DNA of 64,000 bases from Mobula hypostoma. Taxonomy: Eukaryota. Made by a program: the position numbers and the translations under genes. The notes under the pieces are model-generated. The model made no database searches. It was not told where the DNA came from and was given only the letters and a program-made list of their open reading frames with translations. Location of the stretch: positions 172,982,001-173,046,000 of the forward strand of contig NC_086097.1 of NCBI RefSeq assembly GCF_963921235.1. The letters run 5' to 3'. Below are positions 39,862-53,625 of this stretch, piece by piece (the first letter of the stretch is position 1; each line of letters starts with the position of its first letter).

Positions 39862-40898
39862 ACATTCTTGTGTTAAAATGTTTTGGTTCATTAATACTCT
39901 TCAGGGAAAGAAATTTAGATTATTTTACCATTCTTGATTGCACATGACTTCAGACCCACCAGTGTGGTTTCATCTTGATGTCCCTTTGAAAAGACCACTC
40001 AGTCCAAGGGACAATTAAAAACAGACAATAAATATTGGCCTTATTAGCAATGCCTACTGTACATCTTCCAAATAAGTAAAACATCAATTAATAGATTAAT
40101 CAATTCAGTAGAAAGATAAAAAGAAAGGTAAAATGATGAAAGATTAAGTAGAAATATAGGGATAGTTCTAATTGTGTTTAAGTCATCTGAGGGGTGTCAA
40201 TATCCAACTGGCCACCTGTTCGGTTTTCTGTTATTTATACTCTGTACCTTTTGAATAACCTTACTGCCAAGCACTTCATCCTTTATATTTTCTCCCTCCT
40301 CACACTTTTATTGGCCACCCACTACACTCTATGAACTGTCTATTCAATACCATTCCGATCAGCCATTCCTTCTGTGTCCTTCAATTATACACCTTCTGAT
40401 AAGCTACCCTTCTATACACCTGCTAGGAAACCCATTTGTTACACAGCTTGCCAGATATTGCAGTCCACCAGTAATTTTGCAATGGTTTAGCACAGCATTT
40501 GATCCAACAGCAACCAGTTATATACTCACCGAAAGCTAAAATGACTCAAGTTTAGACTTTCTTTATAGGTACTTTCTTTATCACTATTTCTTTATAACTG
40601 ATTTGAATGTATATTTTAATTTTGTGTACTTAACATTACATCAATAAAGTAGTCCTGAAACTGAAGCAGATTTATGACTGCAATATTAATGTTTGATTCA
40701 GCACAGCAGTGTTTGATCTGACAACACAAAAAAACCAGTCAGCCCATGGGACCATTATTTTTCTAGACTTGACAGCCAATTCTGAACTAAGAGCCTGAAT
40801 TTACATGATGCATGGGTTATATGCAACAAAATAGAGACCATTCCTATGGCAAGTGCTGTATTTTGATAGCTTTGATTGTTTTTCAAAATACAGAGTTA

Positions 40899-41466
40899 TA
40901 GTACTGTGCAAAAGTCTTACGCACATATACATAGGTAGGGTGCCTAAGACTTTTGCACAATACTGTAGTAATTTTACGTACTGCATTGTACTGCCGCTAC
41001 ACAAAAAAAAAAAAAATTCATGACGTAAGTGAGTAACAATAAACTTAATTTTGCTATGGGTCTCTGTTGTGGACTGAGAGTGGGAAAGTTGCAGGGAGAG
41101 GGAAATCATGGTAGAGAAAAGGGGAAGGGAGAAAGTAAGGAGTGGGAAGCACCACGGAGACATTCTGCAATGATCAATTAACCAACTGTTTGATATCAAA
41201 AATAGCTTGCCTGGTGTCTCAAGGTTGGGTGTATCTGCACACACGCCACCCCCACCCCTGGCATTCCTTCTCTGCCAGCTATTCTACACCCCTCCAATGG
41301 TGCTCCATCTTCACCATTCTCAACATCCTTGCACCCGCCAGATATACAATCTACACTCCACTCCACTCTACTCTACTCTCCGCTCCACGTTTATAAATAC
41401 AGTACTGTGCAAAAGTCTTAGGCACCCTAGCTATATATATGTCTCCAAGACTTTTGAACAGTACTG
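40899..41466. mobile_element. Tc1/mariner-type MITE pair or composite element with ~67-bp self-palindromic ends
   Basis: 40899-40966 and 41400-41466 each read agtactgtgcaaaagtctta...aagacttttgMacaRtactg; the two units are inverted relative to each other and flanked by TA. Confidence 0.75.
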
Positions 41467-43577
41467 TATATGAAAGCCACTCTCAAAGATATTGTGCAAA
41501 ATTACGCTGCACAAGCAAAATACATTTAGAGAACAAGTGAAATACTGCACCAACACCATACAGATTTGATGGAACATGTTACTCAGTGCTAAGTGCTCCC
41601 AAGAAATGTTTCCCAATGTGAGCTTTTGACCATATATCTCTCTCCAGAGACTCCCTAACTTTGTAACATGTTCCAGTCTGACAAAACCACTGCACACTTC
41701 CAACTCTAACTTTGTAATCAGTCCCAATTTTAATTACTCCTCCAGAGGCAGCACGCATTCAGCTGCTGCTCTTGCCCTATGTCCTAGAGTTCTCTCTGTG
41801 GCGCTCCTGGCCATTTTTTCTTAAGATTTTTGTTAAAAAATCTCTCCCTGACCATGTTTCTACACATCTGTCCTGATATCTCATGTGGTGCAATGCTCCA
41901 TAATGTTTGACAATGATCATTTTGATCATTTAACTGCACAGGAGCAGCTATATTTTGCAAAATTTTGTTGATATTTTAACCAATGCAAGAGAATAATCCA
42001 TATAATGTGCCAATCCATTTTCTCCTCCATTTTCTCTCTCCTAAAGTTGTTAAAATTTAAAGTTTGTCCTAAATGAGATGCATTTCTCCCTGGCATTCAT
42101 TCTCCATTTTAACAGCATGTTATTGCTTGCAATACCCTTATTTCATGGCTGCAACATCCCTTCTACTGATGGATCTAATATTAGGCACTACCTTAGAATT
42201 CTTTAGCATTCGGTTCAGCATGGTTTCAAATATCTTCTCATATTATTCTTACAAAGAGGATAGAAAGCATGAAAATAGGAGCAGTATAGTCCACCTGGTC
42301 CCCACGTCTGTCATTCACCATGATTATGGAGGACCCTAACTCTTCCACTGTATCAGTTCCCCATTGCCTGCAATTCCTTGATCTCTCAAAAACATCTACC
42401 TCCATCCATCTCTAATGAGCCAGCCAGCAAACTATGTCACTACTGCTAGAAACAAGTTCAAACAAATCTATAAGTCACTATGTGCCACATAAGTCAGAAG
42501 CAAAGTACATAACTTTGTAAAATAAAAAGAAGAATGAGAGGAAGCTCCAACAGGATCACTATCGTGCATGACAGTCACTTGTTCCATCCTGCCTCAGCCA
42601 ATTCTTTGAGAGATCCATCCAAATAGGTCCATTTCCCCACATCAGCTCTGCTAATATTCCTGTTTCCTTTTAACTCTCATGCCACAATGTCATGCAAAGT
42701 TCAAATTTGGACACAAAAATTACTAAATTGATAAGAAGAATTTACCAAGGTTTTTAAAGTGTGTTTCAAAGACCCTGCACTATCACCATACAAAATCCTG
42801 ACAATGAATTATTCCACTAGATGTGAATACCATTTCATTTCCTCCAAAAATTGTTCAGTCTGGATAAGAAACCACATGGCCAAGGTGCAGGAATGGATTT
42901 CAAAAATATAAATGCAATCCACTCTTGGGAAACAAATAAGTAGTGCTCACAGGAAAAAAAAATGCCCAAAGTTGCAGCATTGACTTTTGTAAAGAAGACA
43001 CAGCTGCGGCTTTTTCACCTGTGTTGCCCCACAAGTATTGTGGAATACTGCACTGCATCAAAATTGTCTTCCTGTCCGGAAAGCCAGGCATGTATAAACA
43101 CTACAGTGAACTTAACATTTATTTTCTCTTTCGTATTGGGAATTGGTAATTTTAGAGCCCTGGGAAATTTGCACTAAATTTCTAAGGAAATGTGAAAAAA
43201 ATATAGTATTTGGTTTTACAGCAGCCCTATGCCAGATATTTTTCCATTGGTCCCATTACAAGTGAAAGCAATGCTCTCCATGGGTCTGGTTAGAACAAAT
43301 TCTAAACTAAATTTAAGTAATCCCTTATTTTTATTTTTTTTAACCCGCAGGAAAATATGAAATACATTAAATGATATATAGATACTTAAAGTGCAAACAT
43401 CACAGAAGCTGGTGGACTCCAAACAAAATTGTGCCTTAGAGTTCTGCAGCACCACTTGCGATATTGGACATTTTAAAATTTGGATTGACCATATTGTGAA
43501 GTCTCTATGCAGAAGTCTGCAGAAGAAACCTGTTTGTCCATGAAAAGCAGAACTAAATTAAAATATGTCCAACAGAC

Positions 43578-43762
43578 CTGAAGGACATCCCCAAGATCTG
43601 CTGTGCTGATGTCCGGGTCTTCTGTAGTGTTGAAAGGCACTGGATTAATTCGAACAAGAGTCAGGGCTCGGGGTTCTGGATATCTCCACATCATCATCGC
43701 TGGATGCTCATCAGTCTCATTGTAAAACACAACTTCAAAAATATTTGGCAACTTTTGTGCAT
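43578..43762 (-). CDS. VPS13B: VPS13B internal coding exon (185 nt, phase 1 to 0)
   Basis: Acceptor ctcatttatag, donor CAG|gtctgt. Encodes AQKLPNIFEVVFYNETDEHPAMMMWRYPEPRALTLVRINPVPFNTTEDPDISTADLGDVLQ, recognised from memory of vertebrate VPS13B. Confidence 0.93.
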
Positions 43763-44034
43763 CTATAAATGAGAAATATAATTTAGATTACTTAAAAGTT
43801 CTAAAGATTCATATTCAAGCCCGATATAGTAAATACATAAACAATTTCTATTTGAGTATCCCTTTCGTTTGATATCTATAATTCCTTTCAATTTTACCTG
43901 TTCATCCCTTTCTTTCCACATAACCATTCATTCATACACGTGCATTCACTGAACCAGATTCCTGCCATTCAGGAATATTCTGCAGGTACTGCAATGCTCT
44001 CACAGCTCTAGAGCCCCAGATTCAACCTCAATCT

Positions 44035-44385
44035 TGGAATGATCAAGGTGTATAAGAAGATTAGAGTCAGCTCCTTTTTCCTACAGGATGGAAATGACTA
44101 ATAGGGCATAATTTTAAGATGATTGAAGGAAATAAAAGGGAAATGTCAAAGGTAGATTTTTTTTACAGAATGACACGTTCATGAAACATACTGCCAAGGG
44201 TGATGGTAGAAGTGGACACAATATGGAGATTTAAGAGAATCTTAGATAAGAACATGGATGATAGAAAAATGGAGGGCTATACAGGAGGTAAAGGTCAGAT
44301 TGATCTTGGGGTAGATTAAAAGGTGGCACAACACTGTGGGCCGAAGGGCCTGTACCGTGCTGTACAGTACAGGCCCTATGTTCTA
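44035..44385 (+). mobile_element. Degenerate CR1 3' fragment
   Basis: Ends gggccgaagggcctgtaccgtgctgtac...ctatgttctatg. Confidence 0.7.
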
Positions 44386-45217
44386 TGAGCCTGTGAGGCT
44401 GCTACAAGCAAGTTTTTCATTGCACAGTACATCACCATCTCTATGCATGTACCAACAAACTAGACTTGACTTCTCCAGGGTATGCAGGTTTCATCCCATT
44501 TCTCAAAGACGCACAAGCTGGTAAGTTAATTTGTGACTGTAAGTTACTCACAGTGTAAATGGTTGGTGGGAGAATTGATGGAGAAGGGAGGAGCTCAGCA
44601 GCAGCATTCTCTTCTCTGACTTTCAAGTCTAACTCCAGGTACTTGTGTACTTCTATCTAACATCTAGTGGAGTGTGACAGATTAGGTATTGAATGGCTGC
44701 TTCCTTGGGGTGGCAAGAATAGACCAGGTGAGTGTAGTCGCATAGTTAGAAGCCAGCTACTTAAAAAATGAGATGAGAAAAGTTTCCTCATTCAGATGAT
44801 CAAGAAACTTTTGAATTTTTAACTTGATTCTCCATCTGAGAAATCCCATGGCTTCAAGAAACCTCAAGAAGGTGGTATCCATCACTAAGAACCATGACCA
44901 TCTAATACAGGGGTTCCCAACCTGAGGTCCAAGGATCCCACTGTTAATGGTAGGGATCCATAGCATAAAAAGGTTGAGATCCCTTCATCCAGGAAATGCC
45001 CTCTTCTCAGTACCATCGGAGATGAGGTGCAGGAGTTTGAAGACCCAAACTCAATGGGAACAGCTTCTTCCTCTCTGCTACCAGATTTCTAAATGGACAA
45101 CGAACCTATGAACACTATCCCATTACTGATATTTTTTGCACGATTTCATAATGTATTGTAATTTTTATATCTCTGCACTGTACTGCAGCCACAAAACAAC
45201 AAACTTCATGTCATATA

Positions 45218-45786
45218 CACACAGTGGCCACTTTATTATGTAAACCTCTACACCTGCTCATTAATGTAAATATCTAATCAGCCAATCATGTGGCAGCATC
45301 TCAATGCATAAAAGAATACAAACATGGTCAAAAAGTTCAGTTCTTATTCAGAATGAACATCAGAATAGGGAAGAAATTTGAACTAAGTGAGTCTGACTGT
45401 GTAATGATTGTTGGTGCCAGACTTGTGGTTTGAATACTTCTGCAACTGCTGATCTCCTGAAATGTTCACGCTCAACAGTCTTTAGAGGTTACAGTAAATG
45501 GTGAGAAAAACAAAAAAAAATCCAGTGTGCAGCAGTTCTGTGAGTGAAAATGGCTTGTTAAAGACAGAAATCAGAGGAGAATGGCCAAACTGGTTCAAGC
45601 TGACAAGAAGGTAACAGTAACTCAAATAACCACATGTTACAACAGTGGTGTGCAGAAGAGCATCTCTGAAAGCATATCACTTCGAACCTTGAAGTGGATG
45701 GGCTACAGCAGCAGAAGACCACAAACATACATTCAGTGGCTGCTATATTAGATACAGGAGGTATCTAATAAAGTGGCCACTGAGTG
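45218..45786 (+). mobile_element. Non-autonomous Tc1-derived element inside a Rex1 3' fragment (~44850-45815)
   Basis: TIRs cacWcagtggccactttatta / taataaagtggccactgagtg with TA on both sides; HTH-like transposase N-terminal remnant (LSESDCVMIVGAR...STVFRGY). Confidence 0.85.
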
Positions 45787-46309
45787 TAAGTCAGTGATCA
45801 TAAATATGATTCTGAAGTACAAATTTATCTTATGGCAAAAAATTCAGTCCCTTCCTCGACATTACAGGCTCACTGAATTACTCAAGATACTGGTCCACAA
45901 ATGTACCAGGTTTCAGGGATTCCTCTGCAAAATCAAATCACACCACTGCTCTCTCCCACCTTCTCTCTTTAATCTTCTTCTGCTTTATAGTTCCAGCTAT
46001 AACATTACTCCTCTGTTTGGTTCACTGCTGGGAGAAAATGCAATAAAAAACACAGGTAGAAATACTTCGTCAAATCCATTTTTGTCTTTTACTCACTTTC
46101 AAATGTTTTCTTAAAAACCATGCAAAATATTGATCTCTTTCCTCAACCCTCATTTTTTTTTGCGATATCTTTGGAAACATTCACATTACACCCATTCGAC
46201 AAATGCATTCTATTAACTTGTGTAATGATCTCAACATACAAACTAGGACCCTATATGTGGTCATTAAAATAACTTGGCCAACAGATCTCATTATTTAAGT
46301 TGCAGCACA

Positions 46310-47670
46310 GAATGAATGCTAATATTGCATTTCCATTCCTTACCAGCAACTCAACCTGCAAGTTAACCTTCAGGGAATCCTGCATGACGACTCCCCCACA
46401 TTCTGAACTTTCTCCCCATTAAGAAAATATTCTATGCCTTTATTCCTTCTATCAAAGTACATAACAATACACTTCCCTGCACTATATTCAATCTGCCACT
46501 TCTCTGTCTATTCTCCCAATCTGTCCAAGTCCTTCTGCAGACTCCTTGCTTCCTGACCACTACCTGTCCTTCCATCTATCTTCATATTGTCTGCAAACCT
46601 GGCCACACAGCCATTAATTCCATCATCCAAATCAATGGCATATAACATGAAAGGAAGTGGTCCCATAACAGAAATCAATGGAAGGCAACTAAAAAGCCAT
46701 AAGGAACACAAATAGTCAACCAGAAAAGGCCTCCTTTATTCCCACTCTTTGCCTCCTGCTAGTTAGCCAACCTTCTACTCACGCTAGTATCTTTCCTCTA
46801 ATACCTTGGACTCTTACCTTGTTAAGAGCCTTGAATGGCTCCTTGTCAAGAGCTTTCTGCTTGTTATTTCTTCAAAGAATTCTAAAAGATTTGTCAGGCA
46901 AGTTTTTGCTGTCAGGAAACCATGCTGAATTTGGCCTATCTATCTCCAAGTACCCCAAAAAGGTCATCTCTAATAATGGACTCCAACATTTTCCCAAGTG
47001 CTGAAGTCAGGCTATCCGAGCTATAATTTCCTTTCTTTTGTCTCCCTTCCTACTTAAAGAGTGGAATAACATTTGCAATCTTCCACTCCTCTGGAAGCAT
47101 TCCAGAATCTAGTGATTCTTGAAAGATCATTATTAATACCACCATAAATTCTTCAGCTACCTCTTTCAGAACGCTAGGGCATAGGCCTTCTGGTCCAGGT
47201 GACTTATCTACCTTCAGACTTTTCGGCTTCCCAGGCATCTTCTCCTTAATAGCAAATACCCCCCATTTCTGCTCCCAACACTCCTGAATTTCTGGCATAC
47301 TGTTAATGCCTTCCACAATGAAGACAGACACAAAATACTTGTTAAGTTTGTCTGCCATTTATTTGTCCCTTATTACTACCTCTCCAGCATATTTTCCAGC
47401 AGTCCAATATCCACTCTTGCCTCTCTTTTACTCTTTATATAGCTGAACATACTTTTGGTATCCCCTTTTATATTATTAGCTAACTTACTTCCAGATTTCA
47501 TCTTTTCTCTCCTTATGCTTTCTTAGTTTCCTTCTGTTGATTTTTAAAATCTTCCCAATCCTCTAACTTCCAATTAGTTTTTGCTATATTATATGTTCTC
47601 TCTTTCCTTTTATGTTGTCTTTGACTTCCATTGTCAGCCATGGATGCATCATCCTCTATTCAGAATACTG
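46310..47670 (-). mobile_element. Decayed CR1 ORF2 fragment
   Basis: KYFVSVF..DKSPGPEG..WKIANVIPLFK; DLDDGI..ARFADNMK. Confidence 0.85.
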
Positions 47671-50600
47671 CTTCAACTTATAATACTATGACTTTAAGAC
47701 CTTGATCTTCTTTGGGGCCAGCAAAGATCTACAAAGTGGTGAATTGGAAGGATCAAGGTAATATCCACATCTCAAGATCTGCTATGGGAGTGGCAAATGA
47801 AATGCAACATTTGCAGCAACAAGCAATCTGTTCGAGCAACTCAGCAGGTTGAGCAACATCTGTGGGAGAAATTGTTGATGCTTCAGGTCAAAATCCTGCA
47901 TTCAGGATTGATACCAGATTTTACTCTGTGACTGAAAACTTCTGAAGTGGCCTGGTGTAGCAACTGATTAACATCAATGAGAATTTTGAAAGGGATAGGT
48001 AAGATAGTGGCAGGAAAGTTGTTTCCACTGGTAGATGAGACTAGAACTCAGGGACACACCCTCAAGATTCGGGGGAGTAGAGTTAGGACAGAAATGAGGA
48101 GGAACCACTTTTCCCAAAGACAGGTGAGTCCATGGTCAGATCAGCCATGATCTTATTGAATGGCGGAGCAGGCTCAACAGGCCAGATGGCCTACTCCTGC
48201 TCCTATTTCTTATGTTCTTATTTTCTAATCTGTGTCTCTGCATTAACCACCCCAGAGAGCTGAAGCCAGATATGTTCAAACAACTGCATGCTAAAGAGGG
48301 CTATTATGAAGGTTTGCCATGCTGCCCCTCAAGATGTCTGATGCTGTCATAGACACTGAGAACAAGCAAACTTCTAAACTCTCTTCACATCACAGCAATG
48401 GGATTCTTGCTCCAAAACTGTTATGGTACATTGGCACAAAGTGGATAGTTGACTTCAATTTGCTTATAAATAATTAGGCAGATAATAGTTCATTCTGCAG
48501 CCAAGGGAATCAATGGATTTGCCACCCCTATCACAAATAACTGTCTGTTTACTTTCAGATTGATTTTAAGCAGTCCTCTTTATCTTTATTCTTTGCCAAG
48601 TTCACTGTTTTAAATCATGCATGATGTATGCTTTTTCAAGATCTTTTGGTCAGGAATTTTGAGACTGCGCCATATAAATCACTCTGTGGTATCAAGGTTT
48701 AAAGATATAAGAAATGTACGGAAAATGGTTAAAGTGAACAGTGGAAACAGCTTTTGGAGGAAAACACTTTGAAAAGCTTATGCATTAAAATGTACAACAT
48801 TTTAATTATTGCCTTTGGACTAACACTAAAAGTTTCATTTATTGAGCATCCAAGCAGGATATCTGAAAGATACCTAGACAAACTTAATTTCATCCTTTCA
48901 CTCAATCCTCCCCACCTGTCTGCAACTTGAAACACACTCATTTTCTCACTTTTCCTGTTCTGAAGAAGGGTAGTTGATTTTTATTTCTCTCTGCACAACT
49001 AATGCCTCACCTGCTGGATATGCAGTACATTTTCTGCTTTTATTGAAGCAAAATGTCCATCTTAACAAATCACCTTAACTATTCAAACAGGTTTACGAGC
49101 TCAATAGAGAAACCAGCAACTATGACTCTCCCGCTGATCAGCATATTTATGACATTAGTGAACCAGTGTCCAGAGACATGGAAAAATGTTCCATTGACTT
49201 GGCCTCACATTCATGGATTTAAGTTTTGTTAAGGAAAAGGTGGTACAGTAATGGTGAGCATAAAATATCAACCTGCTGTTAAAGATAAACATCTGGTTCA
49301 CTTATCCTTGGGAGTGCTCCTTCCAGTGGGGGATGATCAAGTTTCTGCCCTTGAACAGTCCTGTTCTCGGCCTTCAGCTGGGTGGGTCCTTCATTGCCTG
49401 GGCCTCGACAGTGCATAAGAATTCATGGACATCATGATTGCTGTCTGGCTGCTGGATCTCCTACACTTTTTCCAGCCACCATATGGACTACAGGTCACAG
49501 ATTTTGTTGGACTTTTGCCTTCAGAATCCTGGAGTTCTGTTTTTAATCCCAAAAGACATGTCAGTCCTAGTCATCCTTGGAATGGAAAAGGCTATGATTA
49601 ATTTGATCCTTGATCTTTGGTTGTTCTCATAACACCATTTACTTATCTTTTTCTGGCAGAGAAGCCAACAATCTTTTATTATGCTGAACACAGTTGACCT
49701 AGCACTCTGGACAATCTGTGGTTCTTATGCGTGATCTCAATCACCCCTTTTCATAGAACGGTACTGCACAGGAACAGACCCCTCGGCCCTCAGCTCCACA
49801 GATACTACAAGATTTGTTGAGTTCCTATGGCAGTTTGCTATTTGCTCCAGGTTCCAGCATCTGCAGTCACTTGTTTTCAATTTGTGCTTCTTGTTGATGG
49901 GAAGTCATATAGTTGTCAAGGAGGGTCTGCTTCAGTGAATTTTTCTTTACGGCTCTTTGAGTCCTTCAATGTGGGCGATAAAAGCATTTCTGTTGCCATG
50001 AGACATTTGATGACTGTGCTTGCCACAACTATCAAGATGTGCACGATATGGACACCTCTTCTGAATCTTTGAGGGCAACAATATAATCTGGCAAAGGCTA
50101 GTGTTTAGATCGAGGGTACGGTCTTGAGGCCATGTACTAGTTTAACTGATAAAACAGCCTATGGGTTATGTCAAAAACATTTTCCGAACATTTTGGCACA
50201 TCTTCCTCATCAGTTGATTATTGACCATCACACATTTCAAGTCAAGTTTATTGCCATACTCACAAATAGGGTGAAGTACAGTTCAATGAAAAGCTTGTTT
50301 GCAGTGTCATAATAGGCATGTAGATACAGACAACATACAGAATATAAATCAGAGTGGAATAAAAAACTGTACAAAATACAAGAACCTAGTGAAAAAAAAA
50401 CATAAGGACACAAGTCAGTTTCAGAGAATAGAGTCCATTCTTGCCCAAAATCAAAATGAGTGAATTCTCTGTTGGACATGAGAATTCACTCATTTTGATT
50501 TTGGGCCAGGAACTGGTCAAAGTTGGGAGTAGAACTTCTGTTTGCACCTATCCATTAGTTCCAGAGTTGGGGCATATGTACGGATGGCTACAGTTTGCTG

Positions 50601-51127
50601 GCTACTTTAGAGTAACTAGAATATATAAAGATTACTAATTGTACAGAATTAAGATGCTAAATCAGCTAATTCGATGGCAAAATCCATCATATTAAAGTAA
50701 CCCTCCTGTCCTACTTTGCCCTTCCAAAGATTTATCAGCTAGCATATTCTTTGACTTGGCCCTCTGCTGCCTTTCATGTCCGACCAAGGATGGAAATATT
50801 AGTATTAGTGCTCCAGCCTTTTTCTCAATCTTCCTTGCTGCAAATCTGTGGGAAGCAACTTCATCTTTGTCATCTCCACTTCAGGGTCTAGGTTATCCGA
50901 TCTTCAATCATCACATTTGTGCAAGTACTCATTTGGAAAACAAGTTCCAGGTTATCAATGACTCCTTCACTTCAGAAGAATGGGCCTTAAGATTAATGTC
51001 CAGAATTCAGAGGTATTCTCATAATTTGATATCAAGGTATCCCAAGATATCGCCAATCAAATCAACCAAGACCTAATGTGAGTTCCTGGAAATTATACAT
51101 CCTGTTATCTGGTTTCTACCTCTAAGA

Positions 51128-51872
51128 CAGAGGGGGAGGGGGGGAGAGAGGGGGAAGGGGGAGAGGGAGAGAGGGGGAGGGGGGAGAGAGGGGGGAAAGA
51201 GAAGGGGAGAGAGGGGAGAGAGAGGGGAGAGAGGGGGAGAGAGGGGAGAGGGGGGAGGGGGAGAGGGAGAGGGGGAAAGAGGGGGAGAGAGGGAGAGGGG
51301 GAGAGGGGGAGAGAGGGAGAGGGGGAGAGGGGAGAGGGAGAGGGGGAGGAGGGAGAGGGGGAGGGGAGAGAGGGGGAGAGAAGGGGAGAGGTGGGAGAAA
51401 GGGGGAGAGGGAGGGGGGAAAGGGGAGAGGGAGGGAGAGGGGGAAAGGGGGAGAGAGGGGGAGAAAGGGGGAAGAGAGGGAGAGAGGGGGAGGGGAGGGG
51501 GAGAGAGAGGGGAAAGGGGGAGAGCAGGGGAGAGAGTGGGGGAGGGGAGAGAGAAGGAGAGGGAGAGGAAGGGGCAGAGAAGGGGGGAGAGAGAGAGGGA
51601 GGGGGAGAGAGGGGAGAGAGGGGGAGAGAAAGGGAGGAGGAGAGAGGGAGAGAGGGGGAGAGAGGGGGAGGGGGAGAGAAAGAGGTGGGGAAGTGAGAGG
51701 AAGAGGGAGTGGAAGGGGGCAGGAGGGAGCGGGAGGGGGAGGAGGAGGGAAAGGGGCAGGGAAGGGAAAGGGGAGGGGAGAGAGAGAGCGGGAAAGAGGA
51801 AGAGAGAGCGCACAGGGGGAAAGAGAGAGGGGAAGAGGAGGGGGAAGGAGAGACAGGGGAGAGGGGAGGGGA
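51128..51872 (+). repeat. ~745-nt polypurine (G/A) low-complexity tract
   Basis: Almost entirely G and A, with many G3-G6 runs. Confidence 0.97.
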
Positions 51873-53339
51873 ATCAAATGGAGCATAATATGTGGAAATC
51901 TGAGATTTTTGTTTAGTTTGGAAACAATGGAAAAAACTAATTATTATTCTTAATGGAATGAGACACCAGAGTGTTGCGATAACAAACAACAGACTTGCAA
52001 TGGTGGCAGTAAAAAGAAGGCTCATGAGACTGATTCCTAGAATAAAAATGATAAACAGGTTAGGCTTACTTAGAAATTCTTATTAAAATGTGAATATGCG
52101 TAATATGGAAACTTGCAAATATGTGAACTACAAGGGTGTCAAGGGCTATGGGAAGAGAGCAGAAAAGTGATGCTGTGGCCAAGAATGAATTAGCCATGAT
52201 CTTCTTAAATGATGCAAAAGGCTCAAGGGACCAATTGGCTTGCTCCTGCATCTTACTTTCTAATATTCATTAGGACAGTCTTGCAGGACTGGATATTTTT
52301 AGACAAGCTCCATGAAAAACAGTTTTTATGCGTCAAGTTAAAGATCTTGGGGGATTCGTTATGCTGCGTTGAATCACAGCAAAACATAATCCCATTCTGC
52401 TACTCTGACACAGGCTATTTTAACATCACTTTCAAGTTCCAACTGTTTATCAGGCAAAAACAATTATTCTCTTGAATTGCGACAGATGAGAAATAATTCT
52501 GAGCTATGCCATTTGCTATATGGGACATAACTTGTATGCTTATTAACGTTGCCTAGACATTTATGTTGCAGATGTTCTTATGTATTATCTGCTGGAGATA
52601 ATATTTCCTGTGACCTATGGAATCTTACAGATGTTTGTCCTTTCCAATAAAGAGATTATCTCAGAATTTAATTTATCCAAATTTCTGTTCTTTGGCTTAA
52701 GAAAGCAGCCAGATGTGTTTTAAGGTTTATTTGGATGAAAGAAGCAAACCTCAAGTTTCAGCAAGTCTGTTATTCCAGTGTATAAACAGACCTTGTTCCA
52801 AACCTTGTCACTGTAATCGCATACTTGAAAATTTTCTTTGAAATCGTCAATTATCAATGATTGATATTAAATTCTTAGTTGTGGTACTAGTCCAAATAAG
52901 TTTGGTTAATGATCTGAAATAAATCTAAACACACAATCTTTTTAAGTTAAAAGTATTTTCATTTTGATATTCTAAATTTAAAATCAATGATTTTCTACTG
53001 AGGCACTGTGGATATAAGATACAGCGACAGTACACCATTGCAAGCTAATGCTGGAAAGAAAACATTTGCCTTTGGAGTGGGGGGTTAATTAGAAAATGAA
53101 GCAAAACATTTATAGATCTGTTATGACTTGAATATCGTAAGTAACAAAACTAACATGTACACTGTGCTAAGGCTACGATACAATGCAGCGACAATCTTTA
53201 ACTGGCAGAACAGAATCAATGAACTTGGTTTATTTCAGTTCCTGCTTGTATAGCCCATTTTTTTAAACAAAGAATCAAATTACTCCTACTTTCTTGCTCT
53301 TTCACTTAAATCCTACAAGTGTATAACCACGTTGAAGTG

Positions 53340-53625
53340 GGGCACAGTAGAGTAGTGGTTAACATAACACTTTAGGGTTCAATTCCTGATGTTGTCTATA
53401 AGGAGTTGGTACGTTCTTCCTGTCACCTCCAGGTTTCCTCTGGGTGATCTGGTTTCCTCCTATATTCCAATGACATACGGGTTAGGAAGTTGTGGGCATA
53501 CTATGTTTTGGGCTGTCCCTGGCATATCCTCAGACTTGTTGGTCATGTGGTGCAAATAATGCATTTCACTGTATGTTTTAATGTTTCAATATACTGTACA
53601 TGAGTCAAATAAATCTAATCTTTAA
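53340..53625 (+). mobile_element. tRNA-derived V-SINE-like element, degenerate
   Basis: A-box-like tagagtagtgg, B-box-like ggttcaattcc, then V-domain-like ggagttggtacgttcttcc...ggtttcctc...ggtttcctcc. Confidence 0.65.

Noticed and set aside
51073..52025. Long Pro/Ser/Leu-rich and Gly/Glu/Arg-rich ORFs
   Set aside because: Artefacts of the stop-free polypurine tract.
53340..53390. Possible tRNA gene
   Set aside because: No complete cloverleaf; it continues into a SINE body.
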